Positions 60,067 through 64,000 of a DNA stretch of 64,000 nucleotides are shown here, in pieces. This DNA is from Thermodesulfobacteriota bacterium (lineage in GTDB: Bacteria > Desulfobacterota > Desulfobacteria > Desulfobacterales > SURF-7). The stretch's first letter is position 1, and each line of letters opens with the position of its first letter. The translations under genes and the position numbers were made by a program. Location of the stretch: assembly GCA_049320885.1 (NCBI GenBank), contig JBMORA010000033.1, positions 1 to 64,000 on the forward strand. Reading direction: 5' to 3'. The notes beneath the pieces were generated by a model, which searched no databases, was not told the origin of the DNA, and saw only the letters and a list, made by a program, of their open reading frames with translations.

Positions 60067-60498
60067 ATGACCATCGCTAATATATTGCTGGTTGACGACG
60101 AAGTCCCATTCGTGGAGGCCATTCAAAAACGTCTCGTCAAGAGGGAACTCCATGTCCTCTCCGCCCATAGCGGCAAGGAAGCCTTGGCATTGCTGGAAAA
60201 ATCCAAGGACACCGAAGTTGTCATCCTGGACGTCAAAATGCCGGAAATGGACGGAATCCAAACCCTGACGGAAATCAAAAAACGCCATCCCCTCGTGGAG
60301 GTGATCATGCTCACCGGGCATGCCACGGTGGAATCCGCCATCGATGGAATGAAGCAGGGCGCCTATGACTACCTGATGAAGCCTTGCGACATGGATATCC
60401 TCATCACCAAGGTCAAGGAGGCCGCGGACAAGAAAAGAAAGCATGAGGATAAAATCGTCGAGGCGCGCATGAAGGAAATCACCCAGCGCATGGCGTAA
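60067..60498 (+). CDS. single-domain response regulator
   Basis: LLVDDE, LDVKMP, LTGH, MKP. Confidence 0.9.
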   Translation: MTIANILLVDDEVPFVEAIQKRLVKRELHVLSAHSGKEALALLEKSKDTEVVILDVKMPEMDGIQTLTEIKKRHPLVEVIMLTGHATVESAIDGMKQGAYDYLMKPCDMDILITKVKEAADKKRKHEDKIVEARMKEITQRMA

Positions 60499-60509
60499 GG
60501 ACCCGGGGT

Positions 60510-60932
60510 ATGACGGCACAGTCAACAACAACACGGAATTCGAGACAAAAGCCCATCAGGCTGCTGTTGGTGGACGATGAAATCGCCTACGCCAACGTGC
60601 TGGCCAACCGTCTCGAAAAACGGGGCTGCCGGGTGGTGAAAAGCTACAGCGGCACCGAAGCCGTCCGTGCTCTTCGCCATCAGGAATTCGATGTGGCGGT
60701 TCTGGACTTGAAAATGGAAGACATGAGCGGCATCGAAGTGCTGAAGATTTTCAAAAAACTGGCGCCCGAAATGGAAGTCATCATGCTCACCGGCCATGGT
60801 TCCGAAACAGCGGCCAGGGAAGGCATGGAAACCGGCGCTTTTGATTATCTTACCAAGCCATGTGAAATAGACGAATTGCTGCCGAAAATCACGGCGGCCT
60901 ATCAGGCGAAACAAGGAAGCATGGAAGGATGA
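60510..60932 (+). CDS. single-domain response regulator
   Basis: LLVDDE, LDLKME, LTGH, TKP. Confidence 0.9.
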   Translation: MTAQSTTTRNSRQKPIRLLLVDDEIAYANVLANRLEKRGCRVVKSYSGTEAVRALRHQEFDVAVLDLKMEDMSGIEVLKIFKKLAPEMEVIMLTGHGSETAAREGMETGAFDYLTKPCEIDELLPKITAAYQAKQGSMEG

Positions 60933-61017
60933 ATCCCCCTTGCCGGGGGACGACGGTCACCCATGGCCGCAACAACGGCAACGGAAGATTCAAAGAACGT
61001 GAGGAGAGACGGAAGCA

Positions 61018-61416
61018 ATGGAATCCATTACGGTGCTGCTGGTGGATGACGAGGAACGTTTTGTCACCTCAAATGCAAAACTGCTGAATAAGTTGGGATT
61101 TAGAGTTCTGACCGCCATGAGCGGGGATGCGGCCATACAAATCCTGGAAAGCAATGACGTGGATGTGGCCGTTGTGGATGTCAAGATGCCGGGCATGGAT
61201 GGAATCACCCTGCTGACCGTCATGAAAAAACGATTCCCCTTGGTGGAAGTGGTGATGCTCACCGGGAACGCCACGTTTGAATCCGCTGTTTCCGGTCTGA
61301 AAATCGGCGCCAGTGATTATCTCATGAAGCCGGCGGATCTGGACGAACTGGTTCTGAAGATACGGGAGGCGAATGAAAAACGCAAAATCCAGCTGGAAAA
61401 AACCCGCCCGCGTTAA
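61018..61416 (+). CDS. single-domain response regulator
   Basis: LLVDDE, VDVKMP, LTGN, MKP. Confidence 0.9.
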   Translation: MESITVLLVDDEERFVTSNAKLLNKLGFRVLTAMSGDAAIQILESNDVDVAVVDVKMPGMDGITLLTVMKKRFPLVEVVMLTGNATFESAVSGLKIGASDYLMKPADLDELVLKIREANEKRKIQLEKTRPR

Positions 61417-61461
61417 TGGAGACGGGGACAGCTTCCCCGGGAAAGGGATCGAGGTGCGTAA

Positions 61462-61878
61462 ATGAAAGTTCTATTCGTCGACGATGAGTCCGTTTTTCTG
61501 GATGTCATTCTCCGTCGCATGAAAAAACGCAATATTGACGCCCATGGCGCAACCGACGGTGATCGGGCCATCGAACTGATGGAAAAAAACAATTTCGATG
61601 TCGCGGTTCTCGATGTCAAAATGCCCGGGAGCAGAAGCGGCATTGAATTGCTGAAGGAGATTAAAGTTCGTTGGCCTCTCATCGAAGTGATCATGCTCAC
61701 CGGCCACGCCATGCTCGAGGCAGCCAGAGACGGCATGGAAAACGGGGCGTTCGACTATATCGTCAAGCCGGCGGACACCGACGAACTGTTCTATAAAATC
61801 AATGACGCTTATCAGAAGAAGTCCCTGCAGGAAATGAAAATCAGGCATATCGATAGTATCATGAAGGACAAGAAATAA
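61462..61878 (+). CDS. single-domain response regulator
   Basis: LFVDDE, LDVKMP, LTGH, VKP. Confidence 0.9.
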   Translation: MKVLFVDDESVFLDVILRRMKKRNIDAHGATDGDRAIELMEKNNFDVAVLDVKMPGSRSGIELLKEIKVRWPLIEVIMLTGHAMLEAARDGMENGAFDYIVKPADTDELFYKINDAYQKKSLQEMKIRHIDSIMKDKK

Positions 61879-61910
61879 AAAACAAGCAATTTATCAAGGA
61901 GGTTTGCAAC

Positions 61911-63191
61911 ATGAATTGGTTAACGACAACAGGCCGATTTCTCATGGCCGGCGCGAAAGCCCACGCGGACTGGGAAATCAGTACGGCCAACACCATTCTG
62001 ACATCCAGAAAGCGCCTGGCGGTACTGGGCCTGATGCTGCTCCCGATCCTGATCGGCGGGATCGTGTTCGCCGAGGATATCGCCACCGAACTCCCCAAAT
62101 ACCTGGGAGGAAAAACCGCTTACAGTCCATCCTTTTTCACCATGGGGGTTTTTGTTTCCTCCATTTTCATCGGGCTTTGCGCCGGTTTGATCACCGGCTG
62201 CATCGGCGCGGGCGGCGGGTTCATCATTGCCCCGGCGTTGATGAGCGCGGGCATCAAGGGTATCCTGGCGGTGGGCACCGATCTCTTCCATATTTTCGCA
62301 AAAGCCATCATGGGCAGCGTGCTGCATAAGAAGCTCGGCAACATCTCCGTGGCCCTGGCCCTCATTTTTCTGATCGGCTCGGTTTTCGGCGCCACCCTCG
62401 GCGGTTATATCAACCGCGTCCTGTACGAACTGAATCCGATCATCAGCGACGCCTTCATCACCACCATCTATGTGCTGATGCTGGGCGCCCTGGGAGCCTA
62501 TTCCCTCCTGGATTATTTCAAGGCCAGAAAAGCCGGCGGCGGCGGCGATGCCCACGGCGGGAATGCCGAAGGCACCGAAATGGGCAATCTGCCGAAAAAA
62601 CTCCAGGCCATCAATCTGCCCCCCATGGTATCCTTTGACCAGGGCATCATCCCCGGCGGGCGCCATATCTCCTCGTGGTTCCTGATCTTGAGCGGATTTG
62701 CGGTGGGTCTTTGCGCCGCCATCATGGGTGTGGGCGGCGGCTTCCTGACCTTCCCGATTTTTGTATATGTTCTGGGTGTTTCCTCCATGACCACTGTGGG
62801 AACGGACATTTTCCAGATCATTTTCACCGCCGGGTATGCCGCCATTGGACAATACGCGATCTACGGTTTTATTTTTTACACCCTGGCCATGGGCATGCTG
62901 CTGGGTTCCCTGCTGGGCATTCAAATCGGCGCCATGGCCACCAAGGTCGTAAAAGGCATCACCATCCGCGGCTTTTACGCCATGGCGGTTCTGGCGGGAT
63001 TCATCAACCGCTTTTTCGCCCTGCCGTCCAAATTGTCCTCCGTGGGCGCCTTTCCACTGTCGAAAGAACTCGCCGGCACCCTGGATACCATCGGTATCTG
63101 GCTTTTCTTCGTGTTTATTTCCATTTTCGCCGTCTGGGTGATCGGTACATTTGTGATGAACATTAAAAAATTAAAAGGTGAGGAGGCGTAA
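61911..63191 (+). CDS. TauE/SafE-family membrane transporter
   Basis: Repeated GAGGGF / GVGGGF and VGTD motifs; multiple TMs. Confidence 0.88.
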   Translation: MNWLTTTGRFLMAGAKAHADWEISTANTILTSRKRLAVLGLMLLPILIGGIVFAEDIATELPKYLGGKTAYSPSFFTMGVFVSSIFIGLCAGLITGCIGAGGGFIIAPALMSAGIKGILAVGTDLFHIFAKAIMGSVLHKKLGNISVALALIFLIGSVFGATLGGYINRVLYELNPIISDAFITTIYVLMLGALGAYSLLDYFKARKAGGGGDAHGGNAEGTEMGNLPKKLQAINLPPMVSFDQGIIPGGRHISSWFLILSGFAVGLCAAIMGVGGGFLTFPIFVYVLGVSSMTTVGTDIFQIIFTAGYAAIGQYAIYGFIFYTLAMGMLLGSLLGIQIGAMATKVVKGITIRGFYAMAVLAGFINRFFALPSKLSSVGAFPLSKELAGTLDTIGIWLFFVFISIFAVWVIGTFVMNIKKLKGEEA

Positions 63192-63196
63192 GCGTT

Positions 63197-63889
63197 ATGA
63201 TAACCGACAAGAAAGAATTCTATGGCGGCGCCGCCATGATGGCCGGTTTTTTGGCCGTACTGTTCATTATGTTTCTGCCCCTGTTCGAGGGCCAAAAAAA
63301 CAGCTTGAATTATCTGGACGACTTGTTTAATTCCATATCCAAAAACTCGGCTTACTATATTCCGACAATCAAAACGAATGTGGCCAAATCGGAAACCGGA
63401 AAAAATCTGACCCTCGATCTTTCATTGGATTCGGACACCCTGGCCAAGGAAGGCGCCCTGCTGCTCCAGAAAAGCGGCGCTTCGGTCGCTGTGGATGGCA
63501 AATCCATACATGCCGTCGGAGATCTGGGTCTGATGCTGGGTAATTGCCTGGATGACGCGGACACCCTGTTTAACAACAATGGACAGGCCCTTCAGGACAA
63601 ATACGGAATCGAAGGGAAAAAAACCCTCTTCGTCTGGCACAGCATTTTGAAGTCTTTACAAAAGGCCTTGGACAAACAGGAAAAATTCGATGAAAGCAAG
63701 GTCGTTTACACGGTCATGACCAAGGCCGTGGAATGCGCCTACAATTATTATCGGGTGGTGCCCCAGAAAATGTCCGAACGCCTGGGAATGGTCGTTTTTT
63801 CGCTTGTCTTTTATGTCATTTACACCATGTGGTACGGCTATGCGATTTTATATTTGTTTGAAGGCTGGGGACTTCAGATCAGTCACTAA
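63197..63889 (+). CDS. hypothetical membrane protein coupled to TauE
   Basis: N- and C-terminal TMs; GAGGAGG RBS. Confidence 0.75.
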   Translation: MITDKKEFYGGAAMMAGFLAVLFIMFLPLFEGQKNSLNYLDDLFNSISKNSAYYIPTIKTNVAKSETGKNLTLDLSLDSDTLAKEGALLLQKSGASVAVDGKSIHAVGDLGLMLGNCLDDADTLFNNNGQALQDKYGIEGKKTLFVWHSILKSLQKALDKQEKFDESKVVYTVMTKAVECAYNYYRVVPQKMSERLGMVVFSLVFYVIYTMWYGYAILYLFEGWGLQISH

Positions 63890-63907
63890 TCCGGCGATTT
63901 GTATCCC

Positions 63908-64000
63908 ATGAAGTGGATAACGGATTTTTTCAAGCGCCGTTTCGGAGCGAGGAAGCAGGAAGACGATCCGGGCACCGAAGAACTGCGCATCGCGTTCAAG
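63908..64000 (+). CDS. partial CDS, possibly a PEP/pyruvate-binding (dikinase-like) protein
   Basis: MKWITDFFKR...EELRIAFK runs off the window; identity inferred from context only. Confidence 0.4.
   Translation, partial: MKWITDFFKRRFGARKQEDDPGTEELRIAFK

Overview
GC-rich chromosomal segment whose gene content suggests a Desulfobacterota (Desulfobacterales-like) sulfate reducer (inference), with two accessory regions. (1) 1-6.4 kb, next to tRNA-Gln(CTG): a minus-strand integron cassette array with six attC-like sites. It carries three consecutive toxin-antitoxin cassettes, a Zn-ribbon microprotein, a SnoaL-like cassette and a SUFU-like cassette. It also has two attI-like ends, a truncated IS66 and only an N-terminal relic of a probable intI. 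(2) About 45.5-53.2 kb: a Phd/VapC pair and a silent Rhs toxin-tip/immunity array. The array is bracketed by two 119-bp inverted-repeat elements that abut the Rhs breakpoints, and it contains a 313-bp direct repeat with a 135-bp non-coding, promoter-like module; this is the best candidate for an undescribed system. The core region holds gltX, rpmF-acpP-fabF, a CsgG/FlgT-like lipoprotein triplet, nifU-nifS-serA, two radical SAM genes, Hpt/RsbU/RsbW and sahR-ahcY with its operator. It continues with an aldehyde dehydrogenase, tsaA, a Ser/Ser DapF, an atypical Rieske protein, glnE, hypE, apbE, pabA-pabBC behind a structured leader and terminator, MarR plus a split acyl-CoA ligase, hisC, and a sigma54 two-component/TauE locus. 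All calls come from reading the sequence by eye; no searches were run.
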